From IMG/VR virus record IMGVR_UViG_2902699553_000002, positions 3,496 through 67,495 of that record: a stretch of 64,000 nucleotides of DNA. The stretch is one strand, 5' to 3'. The notes under the pieces were generated by a model, which did not search any database, was not told where the DNA came from, and saw nothing but the letters and a program-made list of their open reading frames with translations. Positions 28,250 to 38,818 of this stretch are shown one piece after another. A program made the translations under genes and the position numbers. This stretch comes from a virus. Its lineage: Duplodnaviria > Caudoviricetes. Positions within the stretch are counted from its first letter, which is position 1. Every line of letters starts with the position of its first letter.

Positions 28250-28642
28250 CCCACGACGAAACCCGCGACTACACCGACCCCACCTCAGAGGGCAACCATC
28301 CCCGATACCGTACAGGTCGCGAATGCATCATGCCTGCGTGCAAGAAAGAAGCAGGGACGGCATGGTCAAAATATTTCTGCGTGAAGCATTCGGCGAATTT
28401 CATGCGGCAGGTTGAGGCGGTTCGGCGGCGTGTGCAGGAACAGATTGAGGGGGTAGCGAAATGACAGTCCGCAAATATTGGCAGCGGCACCCGATCCAGT
28501 TGCGCCTTATGGCGTTAGTACTTCTCGTGTTCCTGCCGATCCTATTTCCGTTGCTGGCTGTGATTGTGGCCGATTGGCGCGGTATCGCTCGTGACTACGC
28601 GGGCCAATATCGAGACGCATGGCACGCATTGGTGAGGGGCAA

Positions 28643-29263
28643 GTGATTCGCTCATCATTCCAGCCAAAGATGCTCAAGCCCAAGAAGTGCCGCATGTGCC
28701 CCACGGTTTTCGTGCCGCAGCGATCGATGCAATTTGCTTGTTCGCCTGCTTGCGCGCAAGCATGGTCCGCCAAACAGCGCGCGCAGAAAGAAGCCCGAGC
28801 CAAGCGCGAGGAGCGGAAGTCATTCAAGGAGCGCGCGGAGAAGATCAAGACGCGGGCGGAGCACCTTGGCGAGTTACAGGATGCTGTGAACGCCTACGTG
28901 CGCCTCAGGGATATCAACGATCCGTGCATTTCCTGCGACAAGCCAGCGACATGGCAAGGGCAATGGCATGCATCACATTTTAAATCGGTCGGCCATGCGC
29001 CAGCCCTACGGTTCAACCTGCTCAATATCCATAAGGCCTGCAGTGTCTGCAACAAGTGGAAGTCAGGAAATTACGTGGGATACAAACCCCGACTGGAAAA
29101 GAAGATTGGTAAAGAGGCGGTCGATTGGCTTGAGGGTCCGGCTGGTAACGAGCCGCTAAAGATCACCGTAGCGGAGATTAAAGAGCTTAAGAAATTCTAC
29201 CGTGCCGAAGTGCGCAGGATGAAGAAGGCATTCGTCAATCAACCTGAAGAGGAAACAGCATGA
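28643..29263 (+). CDS. ninG: NinG/Rap-like endonuclease
   Basis: KKCRMC..CSPACA; RLRD..PCISC..WHASHF..LRF...NIH..C..CN..SGN. Confidence 0.85.
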   Translation: MIRSSFQPKMLKPKKCRMCPTVFVPQRSMQFACSPACAQAWSAKQRAQKEARAKREERKSFKERAEKIKTRAEHLGELQDAVNAYVRLRDINDPCISCDKPATWQGQWHASHFKSVGHAPALRFNLLNIHKACSVCNKWKSGNYVGYKPRLEKKIGKEAVDWLEGPAGNEPLKITVAEIKELKKFYRAEVRRMKKAFVNQPEEETA

Positions 29264-29715
29264 ACAAAGATCGTCTATTGGCAGGCGCAGCAATCGTAGT
29301 CATCCTTGGCGCAGTGATGTTCGTTTGCGCGTCCTGCGATCAGCAACCGCAACCAGTTGCATATGCGCCACAACAACAGGGGCAATCGCCCGTCATGGTG
29401 GCACAGCAACCAGCCAACGATAACTTCTTGGAAGACGTCTTTCTGTACCACATGATATTTGGTGGCAATCAGACAACGGTGGTGCATCAATATTCGCGCC
29501 CCGCTTACGTCGCGCCGCCTCGATCTACCACGGTCGTCAACAACACGACCATCATTAACCGGGCCGTGCCTGCACCGCCATATACCGCGCCGACACTGCG
29601 CCCAACAACGACCTATACGCCGCCGCGTGCCACGTCTTATTCGGGCTCGTACTCGCCGCGACCCAGCTATTCGAGCTATTCGTCGCGCAGCAGCTATTCA
29701 AGCGGGAGGCGCTAA
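29260..29715 (+). CDS. Lipoprotein-like protein with Ser/Tyr/Pro-rich tail
   Basis: Hydrophobic N-terminus, CASC, low-complexity tail. Confidence 0.6.
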   Translation: MNKDRLLAGAAIVVILGAVMFVCASCDQQPQPVAYAPQQQGQSPVMVAQQPANDNFLEDVFLYHMIFGGNQTTVVHQYSRPAYVAPPRSTTVVNNTTIINRAVPAPPYTAPTLRPTTTYTPPRATSYSGSYSPRPSYSSYSSRSSYSSGRR

Positions 29716-30026
29716 TGATCGATCTATCTGATGCCGAAGACGTAGCTGACGCCTGTTCCGTCCTTACTACCCACAAGGCCGACATAAAGGCAAACGCCGC
29801 AGAGGTAATCCTTGAGCTTGTAGCGGAGGTGCGGGCGTTGCGGGCTGATGCAGCGCGACTTGATTGGATTGAGGCGCGCATCGCGGATAGCGCTGCGGTC
29901 TGGATGCTGCCATGCGGTGAGTCGCTGCGGTTTGTGCAGGTCAGGCACTTTGGCGAGTGCGAGAACTACCCCACGGTCGAAGGTCTACGCAACGCTATCG
30001 ACGCCGCGCGCAAGGGCCAACCATGA
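29715..30026 (+). CDS. Ead/Ea22-like hypothetical protein
   Basis: ILELVAEVRALRADAARLDW..LRNAIDAAR. Confidence 0.55.
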   Translation: MIDLSDAEDVADACSVLTTHKADIKANAAEVILELVAEVRALRADAARLDWIEARIADSAAVWMLPCGESLRFVQVRHFGECENYPTVEGLRNAIDAARKGQP

Positions 30027-30484
30027 ACCACGACACCAACCGCGAAGACCTGATAGGACTTGGCAGAGTAATCGTCGACCAAAACGGAGTTGGCTGGTTT
30101 GGGTGCGTCTATAGGCCAATTCAACCGCATCGGATTTGCATATCGTGCGGCGCCAAACCCGATCCTTACGGCAATCTGCCATGCCCTTGTGGGCAGAGGG
30201 AGGAATCATGCTGACCATCACCGGACTCATCTTACTGGCTGCGGGAATCTTTGCTTGGTTCGCTGGGGTTGAGCATGGACGTGACTTGGAGCGAGTCGAG
30301 CGGGAAACGCGACCGATCAAAAAGGGTCGCCGCAAGTACCGTGACGCCGATCCTGCAACATTCGGAGTAGAGGCGGCGTTTCCGCGCGATGTGCATGATG
30401 GCTCTACGCAGGATTAGCTGTGGCACATAAGCAGTACTAAGTGTATAATTTTACAGGCTTTGTTTAACGGACTCGGGGTGTGAA

Positions 30485-30904
30485 ATGACAGAGCAATTGG
30501 ACGAAAATCAGGCGTTGCATCTGTTCTGCCTTGACTGGGCGGATTGGCACCGGTCACGCAGGCTGTTCGCGCCGCCGGTACCCAAAAACATCCTCGTTCG
30601 CATCGCGGGCCATATTGGCGGCGGCGAAGTGCCTGATGCGATCCTGTCCTCGGATGCCAGCTTCTTCAATCTATCGGTGCTCGCGCAGGAAGAGTCGCGC
30701 CCCAAGATGATTTTCTATCTGTACTACATCCACAAGGTGCGCCATATCAAGATGGTAGCTGAGCAGATGGGTATCAGTACCTCGATGTGGTATCGGGAAA
30801 TGCGCTCGTTCCGTGGCAAGGCTTGGCGTTCATATCGCCGCATGATGGACGACCCGGCAATGAATCCGTTCGAAGAGGCAGAGGAAGTGGCCGAGCAAGT
30901 GTGA
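30485..30904 (+). CDS. Q-like late antiterminator/activator
   Basis: End of nin region; C-terminal HTH (IKMVAEQMGISTSMWY); followed by promoter and terminator. Confidence 0.7.
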   Translation: MTEQLDENQALHLFCLDWADWHRSRRLFAPPVPKNILVRIAGHIGGGEVPDAILSSDASFFNLSVLAQEESRPKMIFYLYYIHKVRHIKMVAEQMGISTSMWYREMRSFRGKAWRSYRRMMDDPAMNPFEEAEEVAEQV

Positions 30905-31018
30905 ACCTGTGGAGTTCACATCTTTCTTGACTCATTTTTCCATGGAAACAGTATCATTTCTGGAAATGTGAATTGCTGCCCCCGAAGCCCTGCCGCCGCG
31001 CGGGGCTTTCGTTTTTCT
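30900..31018 (+). promoter_or_regulatory. Late promoter (pR'-like) region with palindrome and tR'-like terminator
   Basis: TGTGAAC-N7-GTTCACA, TTGACT..TATCAT (long spacer), GC hairpin with T-tract at 30983-31018. Confidence 0.55.
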
Positions 31019-32056
31019 GGTGATCCCATGGCCCGTTCCGCAACTTTCCAGTCTGGCTCATTTGGCCGAGACCCGATGGAGGCGTATGCCGCGAAACAGG
31101 CCAATGAGCACCGTCAGGCGCAGGAGCCGTGGAGGCGGGATGTAAAAAACAGCCCTCTCCCCGAATATCCACGTCGATGGGAAAACGAACCCACCCCACC
31201 CCACAAGCCACTAGAACAATGGCTGGCAGAAGAAGGGCAACCGCGAAAGAGAAGTGCGGCATGGCTGGCGTTAGAGGAATTGTTTAAATGAGCGGAATGA
31301 TTCTCGACCATGCTGATTACTCCGATCTGGAAGAGTTCGGCCGCATCACGATCGACCACACCTCGCGCGGCGTTGAAATCACCGTGGACGGCTTCCAGTT
31401 CGCCAGTGGTGGCACGTGCCGCGAGCACAACACCAAGGCGCTCGCATGGGCGCGTGACGTGCTGGCAGCGAAGATCTCAGCCAATGCGCTCGTCCCTGGC
31501 GGCTTCATCATCTCGATTGCCGATATGGATCAGGATGAGCTCGATGCGGAACGGGCCAAGAAATGAACCTCGAAGCCCAGCAACTGATCGACAGCCTCGA
31601 GGCGGACATCCAGCGCATGAGGATTGACGAGGCCCTGAAGGCGTCGCTTGTGGCGCGGCTGGATGCTCTCCGAAGGATGGTGCTGTGATGACCGACGCTG
31701 AGAAGATTGCCGAGCTTGAGCGCCGGGTCGATCGCCTTAAAAAGGGCATCCATCGCAATGGCGAGGTGCCTACCCCACCGATTACCTGGCCAATCATGCC
31801 AACGATGGGCGCTAAGCCGCGCTGTTCTAAATGCAATATTGAGTTGGGCTCCCCTATTGGGTACGTCTGCCCGAATTTCGGCAGTTGCCCTACTAGGCTG
31901 GCTGGCTTCAGTTGCTCCACTGCGGGCGCACCGGCCTAAATCATGATCCCCATCGCCGAATACCTCGCCGCCTGCGCTGCTGCAATAGCGCAATTCCACC
32001 TTGCCGCGGCCAATGCCTGGGTGGCTTGGGGTGATTGGCTGCTGCCGGATTGATTT

Positions 32057-32153
32057 GCCGTCACGCGTAGGACGGCTACGCAGAGCACACCCGGGCGGCT
32101 CTATTCTCCTCCTCGGCCCTCACCGAGTTCGCTGCTTCGGCGGCGCTTTTATT
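32057..32153 (+). ncRNA. Candidate anti-SD small RNA
   Basis: Hairpins flanking TTCTCCTCCT, then a UUCG terminator hairpin with T-tract. Confidence 0.35.
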
Positions 32154-32219
32154 CGCGCCACGCGCTAATTGAGCAGAAAGTGGCGACCCGCCGCTCTGGC
32201 CGAAGTTGGAACTGCTCAA

Positions 32220-32870
32220 ATGGCAAAGAAAACTCCGGAATTCGCTAGAACGCGCCCTGCTCCGCCAGAAATCCTCTTCGACGAGAGCAACTGGACCAAG
32301 CACTTCGTGCCGGCCGATGGCCTCGCCGAGTGGGTAGCCAAGACCTTGATGGACGAATCCTCACCGCTCTATAACGAGGATCACAAACACCTCCACTACG
32401 CCGACATCGAATACCTCTGGGCTGCAGTCGAGAACAAACGCCAGATGCGCCGGATAGTCGGGCAGTGCGAGGAAGTCACCTTCCGTTGTGGAGCGTGGCA
32501 GAAAGGTCGTCAGGAACAGCAGATGAAGGAATGGTTCGGGCGAGTCCCGGCTTACCTGATTACGCTTGACGCCAATTACGCGCGGGAGTGCTCGGACATT
32601 GAGTTCTGTTCCCTTGTCGAGCATGAGCTTTACCACATCGCACAGGAGCGGGATGCGTTCGACGCCCCTGCTTTCACCCGCGACGGACTCCCGAAGATCG
32701 GCATCCAATCTCACGACGTCGAGGAATTTGTCGGCATCGTCCGCAGGTATGGCGTGGGTGCTGCAGCGGGCAAAACGGCCGCGCTCGTTGATGCTTCAAA
32801 GCGTGCGCCCGAGGTCGGAAATGTGGATATTGCGCGGATGTGCGGGACTTGCTTATTGCGCGCCGCGTAG
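32220..32870 (+). CDS. Phage putative metallopeptidase
   Basis: EHELYH and HDVEEF..IVRRYG. Confidence 0.8.
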   Translation: MAKKTPEFARTRPAPPEILFDESNWTKHFVPADGLAEWVAKTLMDESSPLYNEDHKHLHYADIEYLWAAVENKRQMRRIVGQCEEVTFRCGAWQKGRQEQQMKEWFGRVPAYLITLDANYARECSDIEFCSLVEHELYHIAQERDAFDAPAFTRDGLPKIGIQSHDVEEFVGIVRRYGVGAAAGKTAALVDASKRAPEVGNVDIARMCGTCLLRAA

Positions 32871-32900
32871 TTACACCCTAGTTATACGAGATTTCACATT

Positions 32901-33413
32901 ATGGCAACACTCACGGATGACGTGAAAACGTTCATCGTGCAGGCGTTGGCCTGCTTTGACACACCCAACCAGGTGTCCATCGCCGTGAAAGAGGAATTCG
33001 GGCTGGATGTGCCCCGCTCTCACGTGCAGGCGTATGACCCGTCCAAAGCGTTAGCTAAGAGTCTTGGCAAGAAATGGCGCGAGTTATTCGCAGCCACACG
33101 CAAGGCGTTTATCGAAGATCAGGCAACTATCCCGATTGCTCATCAGAACTTCCGGTTGCGCGCCCTGAACAGGATGTACGACAAGGCAGCATCGGGCGGC
33201 AATATCGCACTGGCTGCCCAGCTAATTGAGCAGGCCGCCAAGGAGGCTGGGGATGCCTTCACCAACAAACACAAACTGGAACACACCGGAAAGGACGGCG
33301 GCCCGATCAAGAGTGCAGTCACGCCGGTCGATCTAGACGATGCGACCGATGAAGAACTCGATGTCCTTGAGCGCGTCCTTGCTAGGCGTCAGTCTGGCGC
33401 AGATCAAGGCTGA
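32901..33413 (+). CDS. terS: Terminase small subunit (DUF2280)
   Basis: [21 protein letters not shown]; EQAAKE.G; upstream of terL. Confidence 0.85.
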   Translation: MATLTDDVKTFIVQALACFDTPNQVSIAVKEEFGLDVPRSHVQAYDPSKALAKSLGKKWRELFAATRKAFIEDQATIPIAHQNFRLRALNRMYDKAASGGNIALAAQLIEQAAKEAGDAFTNKHKLEHTGKDGGPIKSAVTPVDLDDATDEELDVLERVLARRQSGADQG

Positions 33414-34899
33414 GAAGCTTAGGCGTCTGCGCGTCAGGCTCGAAGCCGATCACCTGGAGTTCACGAAACACTTCTTCAGGATCCGCCAGGGCATCGACTT
33501 CCGCGTCAACTGGCACCACGTCTACATCGCGGATACGCTTGAGAAGGTGATCCGCGGCGAGATCAAGAACGTCGTGTTCAACGTTTCGCCGGGTTCGTCA
33601 AAGACCGAAGAGGTGGTGATTAACTTCATCGCCCGCGGCCTGGCATTGAATGCCCGTGCCCGCTTTCTGCATATCTCGTATTCGGATGACCTCGCGGTTC
33701 TGAACTCCGAAACGGCGCGTGAAGTTGTCCGCTCCGAGGAATATCAGGAACTGTGGCCGCGCAAGATCGCGACCGATGCAGACTCAAAGAAGCGCTGGAA
33801 CGTCGAGGACAACGGGAAAAAGGCTGGCGGCGTCTATGCCACCTCCCTGGGTGGGCAGATTACGGGGTTCCGTGCCGGCCACATGGCTGAAGGCTGGCAA
33901 GGCGCCATCCTGATCGATGACCCGCTCAAGGTCGAGGACGCTTACAGCAAGACTAATCGCGACAAGGCAAACCGCAAGCTCATCTCAACGGTCAAGAGCC
34001 GGCGGGCCAATCCCGACACGCCGATCGTTGTGATCATGCAGCGCCTGGCTGAGGAAGACCCGACGGGCTTCATCAAGTCGGGTGGCGTGCCGGGGGAATG
34101 GACGTTCATCGAGATTCCGGCGCTTATCACGGATGAGTATGTCGCAAAGCTCCCAGAGCATATCCGACCCCTGGTTGATAGCTCGGAGCGCGATGAGGAT
34201 GGGCGGTTTAGTTATTGGCCGTATAAGGAGCCGCTGCACGAGTTGCTGGCCATGGAGAAGGCCGACAAGTATGTGTTTAGCGGGCAGTACATGCAGAAGC
34301 CCTCACCTCTCGGTGGCGGCATCCTGCGCGGCGAAGCGTTCAAGCGGTATGTCCAGCTTCCCAAGATCCAGCACATCAAGATTTACGCCGATACGGCCCA
34401 GAAAACGGCCGAACGGAACGACTACAGCGTATTCCAGTGCTGGGGCATCGGTTACGACAACCATGCCTATCTGATCGACCAGATCCGCGGGAAATGGACG
34501 GCCCCGCAGTTGCGGCAAAAGGCGATCGACTTCTGGCACAAGCACAACGTAAGCGGGAAAGATGCTCCGTCGCTGCGCAAGATGATGGTCGAGGATAAAT
34601 CGAGCGGCACTGGGCTTATTCAGGACATCCAGGCCGCCGGCGGAATTCCGGTTGAGGGCATCGAGCGCAACAAGGACAAGCTGACGCGCGTCATGGACGT
34701 GGTGAGTTTCATCGACTCGGGACAGGTATGGGTTCCGGCTGAGGCGCCCTGGGTATCGGACTTTATCAACGAGTGCGAATCTTTCACCCCCGACGATACG
34801 CACGCGCACGACGACCAGATCGATCCAATGGTGGACGCAATCAATGACCTGCTGGGCGGCCGACGTGGCATAGCCATGTGGGAGAGGCTCGGCAAATGA
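33361..34899 (+). CDS. terL: Terminase large subunit
   Basis: [39 protein letters not shown]. Confidence 0.92.
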   Translation: MSLSASLLGVSLAQIKAEKLRRLRVRLEADHLEFTKHFFRIRQGIDFRVNWHHVYIADTLEKVIRGEIKNVVFNVSPGSSKTEEVVINFIARGLALNARARFLHISYSDDLAVLNSETAREVVRSEEYQELWPRKIATDADSKKRWNVEDNGKKAGGVYATSLGGQITGFRAGHMAEGWQGAILIDDPLKVEDAYSKTNRDKANRKLISTVKSRRANPDTPIVVIMQRLAEEDPTGFIKSGGVPGEWTFIEIPALITDEYVAKLPEHIRPLVDSSERDEDGRFSYWPYKEPLHELLAMEKADKYVFSGQYMQKPSPLGGGILRGEAFKRYVQLPKIQHIKIYADTAQKTAERNDYSVFQCWGIGYDNHAYLIDQIRGKWTAPQLRQKAIDFWHKHNVSGKDAPSLRKMMVEDKSSGTGLIQDIQAAGGIPVEGIERNKDKLTRVMDVVSFIDSGQVWVPAEAPWVSDFINECESFTPDDTHAHDDQIDPMVDAINDLLGGRRGIAMWERLGK

Positions 34900-34964
34900 C
34901 TCAAAAACGAAGCGTCAAAGGCGTAGCCCAGCGCGCGAGCCGGGAAGAAAAGAGCGTAAAATGA
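34896..34964 (+). pseudogene. Orphaned original 5' end of the portal gene
   Basis: [22 protein letters not shown]; shares 16 identical residues with the present portal N-terminus. Confidence 0.85.
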
Positions 34965-35033
34965 GCGAAGCCCCGGACGGCTGGAACCGTTCGAGGCTTC
35001 TAACCACAACCTGATCATGCGAGGATCACGGCT

Positions 35034-35729
35034 ATGGCTGACGCCATTGTAGTCCAATTTGCGCTTGTCTCCCGCGAGGAGGCCAAAGCGCGAGGCCTGA
35101 GCAAATACTTCACGGGCGAACCGTGCCAGAACGGGCATGTTGACCAACGCTATGTGAGCAATAAACGCTGCTGCGGATGCAAAGTCGGTTCCGATGCAAG
35201 GCATAGAGACCGCTATCCCGGCAAGAACGAGGCGCAGTGCAAGGCCTACTACGAAAAGAACAAAACCCGCCATCTTGAAGTGCAGAAGGCCTATCGAGAG
35301 GCCAACAAGGCGGCGCTCGCTGCATACGATAAGGCTCGCAATGATGCTAATCGTGAGGCGTTGCGGGAGTATCACAAAAGCTATTACGCCTCAAACAAAG
35401 AGGGATTCATAGCGCGTGCCAAACAGTGGAAGCAAGTCAACCCATTGAAGGTAAAGGTAAATGGTGCTAACCGCAGAGCAAAGAAGCGTGCTGCTGGCGG
35501 GAGATACACAGCGCGGCAAATCGAAGTCCTGCATAAGGCGCAGAAAGGCAAGTGTGTGAATTGCCGAAACAGCATCAAATACGAGTTCCATATTGACCAC
35601 GTAACGCCGATTGCGCTGGGCGGCTCCAACGGCATCGAGAATATTCAACTTCTCTGCCCTGATTGCAACCTGCGCAAAGGCGCTCAAGATCCGCTCGAAT
35701 GGGCACAGAAGAACGGAAGATTATTGTGA
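35034..35729 (+). CDS. HNH homing endonuclease
   Basis: YFTGEPC.NGH N-domain; CVNC..HIDHVTP..GGSN..ENIQLLCPDCN..K. Confidence 0.9.
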   Translation: MADAIVVQFALVSREEAKARGLSKYFTGEPCQNGHVDQRYVSNKRCCGCKVGSDARHRDRYPGKNEAQCKAYYEKNKTRHLEVQKAYREANKAALAAYDKARNDANREALREYHKSYYASNKEGFIARAKQWKQVNPLKVKVNGANRRAKKRAAGGRYTARQIEVLHKAQKGKCVNCRNSIKYEFHIDHVTPIALGGSNGIENIQLLCPDCNLRKGAQDPLEWAQKNGRLL

Positions 35730-37171
35730 CCAAACGTAGTGTGAAAGGAGTGGCGCAAAGAGCGTCAAGAGAGGAGAAAAAGCAGATCGCTGGCGCCACT
35801 CAGGATTCATTCAATAACTTTGCCGCCCGCTTAGGAATGGGTGCAGATAACTTGATGGCTCAGTCAAGTTATGGATTTAACCCAATATCCAGAACTCGCA
35901 CCCTGCTCGAATGGGTGCACCGCGGCTCATGGCTTGGTGGCGTTGCGGTAGACGTCGTTGCCGACGACATGACGCGTGCCGGCGTGGACCTGAAGGGCCA
36001 GTTGCATCCCGATCAGGTTGAGCAGATCCAGGAAAGCGCTAATGGCTTCGGCATCTGGAACGCCATCAACGATACAGTCAAGTGGTCACGGCTGTACGGT
36101 GGCTGCCTGGCGTTCATGCTGATCGATGGGCAGGACCCGTCCACGCCGTTGCGGCTGAACACGATCCGCAAGGGTCAGTTTCGCGGCCTGCTCGTACTTG
36201 ACCGCTGGATGGTCGAGCCTAGCCTGCAGGATCTGGTGACGGAGATGGGCCCGGAACTGGGCTTGCCGAAGTTCTACACGATCACCGCCGATTCCCCTGC
36301 TCTGCCGCTCAAGAAGATTCACCATTCCCGCTGCCTGCGTCTTGAAGGTATTCGCCTGCCCTACTGGCAGCGCGTGATGGAGAACATGTGGGGCATCTCG
36401 GTGCTCGAGCGTCTGTACGACCGCATGATCGCGTTCGACAGTGCAAGTACCGGTGCCGCCCAGCTCGCTTACAAATCGTACCTGCGCACGTTCAAGGTTG
36501 AAAACCTGCGTGAAATCGCGGCTGCCGGCGGCCCAGCATTACAGGGGCTGACGCAGTACGTGAACATGATGGCCCGGTTCCAGTCGATCGAAGGCATCAC
36601 GATGATCGACATGAACGATGAGTTCGTGGCCGATACGCACAGTGCCTTCAGTGGGCTTGATTCGCTCATCCGGCAACTGGGAGAACAGCTTTCCGGAGCA
36701 TTGCAGATTCCCTTGGTGCGCCTGTTCGGCCAGTCCCCCGGCGGGATTGGCAACGATGGCGAGTCAGCTCTCCGAACCTATTACGATAACGTCAAGAGCC
36801 AGCAGAGCGCCCGTTTGGGTGTTCCCGTCACGCGCATCTATCGCGCGATCGCCGCATCCGAAGGCATCAAACTGCCCGATGGATTCAAGGTCGAGTTCCG
36901 CTCGCTGTGGCAGTTGACTGACGTCGAGAAAGCAGATATTGCCGGCAAGGTCGCCGAGGCTGTCACGAAGACCGACGGCGCCGGCATCACCACGCCGAAG
37001 ATGGCACTCGAAGAATTGCGCATCAGCAGCCATACGACCGGTATCTTCGGTTCGATCACGGACGAGGATGTAGCCAAGGCCGCAGACGTGCCGAGCGCGC
37101 CGATGCCGGAAATGCCGGGTGACGACAAGGACGATGATGCAATCCCTGGCGAATCCTCGAAAGACGAGTGA
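35726..37171 (+). CDS. Portal protein (DUF1073-type)
   Basis: VDVVADDMTR, WSRLYGG, IHHSR, WGISVL, IPLVRLFGQSPGG, YYD. Confidence 0.88.
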   Translation: MTKRSVKGVAQRASREEKKQIAGATQDSFNNFAARLGMGADNLMAQSSYGFNPISRTRTLLEWVHRGSWLGGVAVDVVADDMTRAGVDLKGQLHPDQVEQIQESANGFGIWNAINDTVKWSRLYGGCLAFMLIDGQDPSTPLRLNTIRKGQFRGLLVLDRWMVEPSLQDLVTEMGPELGLPKFYTITADSPALPLKKIHHSRCLRLEGIRLPYWQRVMENMWGISVLERLYDRMIAFDSASTGAAQLAYKSYLRTFKVENLREIAAAGGPALQGLTQYVNMMARFQSIEGITMIDMNDEFVADTHSAFSGLDSLIRQLGEQLSGALQIPLVRLFGQSPGGIGNDGESALRTYYDNVKSQQSARLGVPVTRIYRAIAASEGIKLPDGFKVEFRSLWQLTDVEKADIAGKVAEAVTKTDGAGITTPKMALEELRISSHTTGIFGSITDEDVAKAADVPSAPMPEMPGDDKDDDAIPGESSKDE

Positions 37172-37937
37172 CCGCAGCGTCGCCTCATTCATCAAGAAGA
37201 AATCCGATGAGCGATTCCTTAATGGACGTAAGGCTGAGCGGTCCTATGCCCGTCAACTGAAAGGCGTCGCGCGGCAGATCAATGCCATCGTCAAGGCATT
37301 CGCTCCCGACGGCAATGTCAATGACCTGAACTCGATGCAGTCGACGCTCACCCGGTACGCAGAAATCCTGAGGCCGTGGGCGCGCGCCGTCGGCTGGGGC
37401 ATGATCAGCGAAGTGTCTCGGCGGGATGAGGCAGCATGGTTCGCTCATGGCAATGAGATGGGCCGGCTGCTGCGTGAGGAAATCCGCACTGCACCGACGG
37501 GCGACATGCTGCGCGAGATTCTTGAGCGGCAGGTAACGCTTATCACGAGTCTTCCAACCGAAGCCGGCCAGCGCGTCCACAGGCTCGCGACTGAAAGCCT
37601 GATCAACAGTTCTCGTGCCAGTGAGATCGCCGCCGAAATTATGAGATCGGGAGATGTCGCTGAGTCACGTGCCGTCTTAATAGCCAGGACCGAAACGGCC
37701 CGGTGCGCTGCTGGCCTCACACAATCCCGCGCGCAGTTCGTTGGCTCGACGCATTACATCTGGCACACAGCCACGGACAGCGATGTTCGCCCTGGCCACA
37801 AAGCCATGAACGGCAAGATATTCCGCTGGGATACGCCGCCCAAAGTCGAAGAGAACGGCCGCTCCATGCTCCACGGTCCCGGAGAAATCTGGAATTGCCG
37901 GTGCTGGGCGGAACCGATTATTCCGGACGAACTATGA
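37137..37937 (+). CDS. Head morphogenesis protein (SPP1 gp7/Mu gpF)
   Basis: IARTET, Y.W.T..DSDVRPGH, PGEIWNCRC. Confidence 0.88.
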   Translation: MQSLANPRKTSDRSVASFIKKKSDERFLNGRKAERSYARQLKGVARQINAIVKAFAPDGNVNDLNSMQSTLTRYAEILRPWARAVGWGMISEVSRRDEAAWFAHGNEMGRLLREEIRTAPTGDMLREILERQVTLITSLPTEAGQRVHRLATESLINSSRASEIAAEIMRSGDVAESRAVLIARTETARCAAGLTQSRAQFVGSTHYIWHTATDSDVRPGHKAMNGKIFRWDTPPKVEENGRSMLHGPGEIWNCRCWAEPIIPDEL

Positions 37938-38157
37938 ACACAATTTTGACATGTGTCGTGATTGTTATGGCGCTCGCCACCGGCTATCGGCTCGGTCGCC
38001 GTGGCATTTTCATTTCATTCGACGACATCGAAGTTGAGGCGCCGACGCGCGAACAGGCAGAACGCCTTCTTGACATCGCGATTGGCATAAAGAATCGCGG
38101 CAACTGATTCAGTTTCAACCCGGCATCCGCCGGCCACCCTCCCCAGGAGATTCGCAA

Positions 38158-38763
38158 ATGAAGTTCACCCATCTGGCCGTAATCGGCGCAGCGCTGCTGG
38201 CGATGGCCGGGAGTGCCTTTGCTCAAGCGTTCAACACTGCAACCGCGGTTTTTCCGGTCACCCAGCGCACGTACGAGGCGACCATCGTCGGGCTCGTGCC
38301 AGCGGCCTCGGCCACTGATCTGCTGACCCTCACTGGCGTTGCTGGTCACATCGTTCGCGTCACTCGCGCGGAATGCACGGGTACAGCAACTGCTGTAGGT
38401 GCGGCCAACCTCATCGCGCTGGTTCGCAGCACGGCGAATACGGGTGGTACGTCGACTACCCCTGCGGCTATTCCTGCTGATCCGAGCGATTCGGCGGCTG
38501 GCGCAACAGTCAAGGCCTACACCGCCAATCCTACAGTCGGCACATCCGTCGGCCCGGTGCGCGCCGCAGTGCTGGTGCTGACTCCGACTGCCACGACCAC
38601 GATCGCAGAAGACCCGGTCAACTGGACCTTCGGCAACAACGCCGGTACTCGCGCGGGGATTGTGCTGCGCAGCGCAAGCCAGGTGTTTTCGCTCAACGGC
38701 AACGGCGCCTCATTCCCTGCTGGCACCGCGCTCAACTGCTCGATCGAGTGGACCGAGCTGTAA
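38158..38763 (+). CDS. Signal-peptide-bearing beta-rich protein
   Basis: MKFTHLAVIGAALLAMAGSAFA signal; AGGAG SD; terminator hairpin after the stop. Confidence 0.7.
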   Translation: MKFTHLAVIGAALLAMAGSAFAQAFNTATAVFPVTQRTYEATIVGLVPAASATDLLTLTGVAGHIVRVTRAECTGTATAVGAANLIALVRSTANTGGTSTTPAAIPADPSDSAAGATVKAYTANPTVGTSVGPVRAAVLVLTPTATTTIAEDPVNWTFGNNAGTRAGIVLRSASQVFSLNGNGASFPAGTALNCSIEWTEL

Positions 38764-38818
38764 CCGCAACCGCTTCGCACTAAGCCCCGCTTCGGCGGGG
38801 TTTTTCATTTGAGGCTCT

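Noticed and set aside
30421-30449. Sigma54 promoter (TGGCAC) upstream of Q
   Set aside because: No -12 TTGC at the required spacing; the nearby TATAAT suggests sigma70 if anything
34900-35730. Group I intron or intein housing the HNH gene
   Set aside because: Only about 70 nt of non-coding sequence, no room for an intron core; the portal restarts with its own duplicated N-terminus
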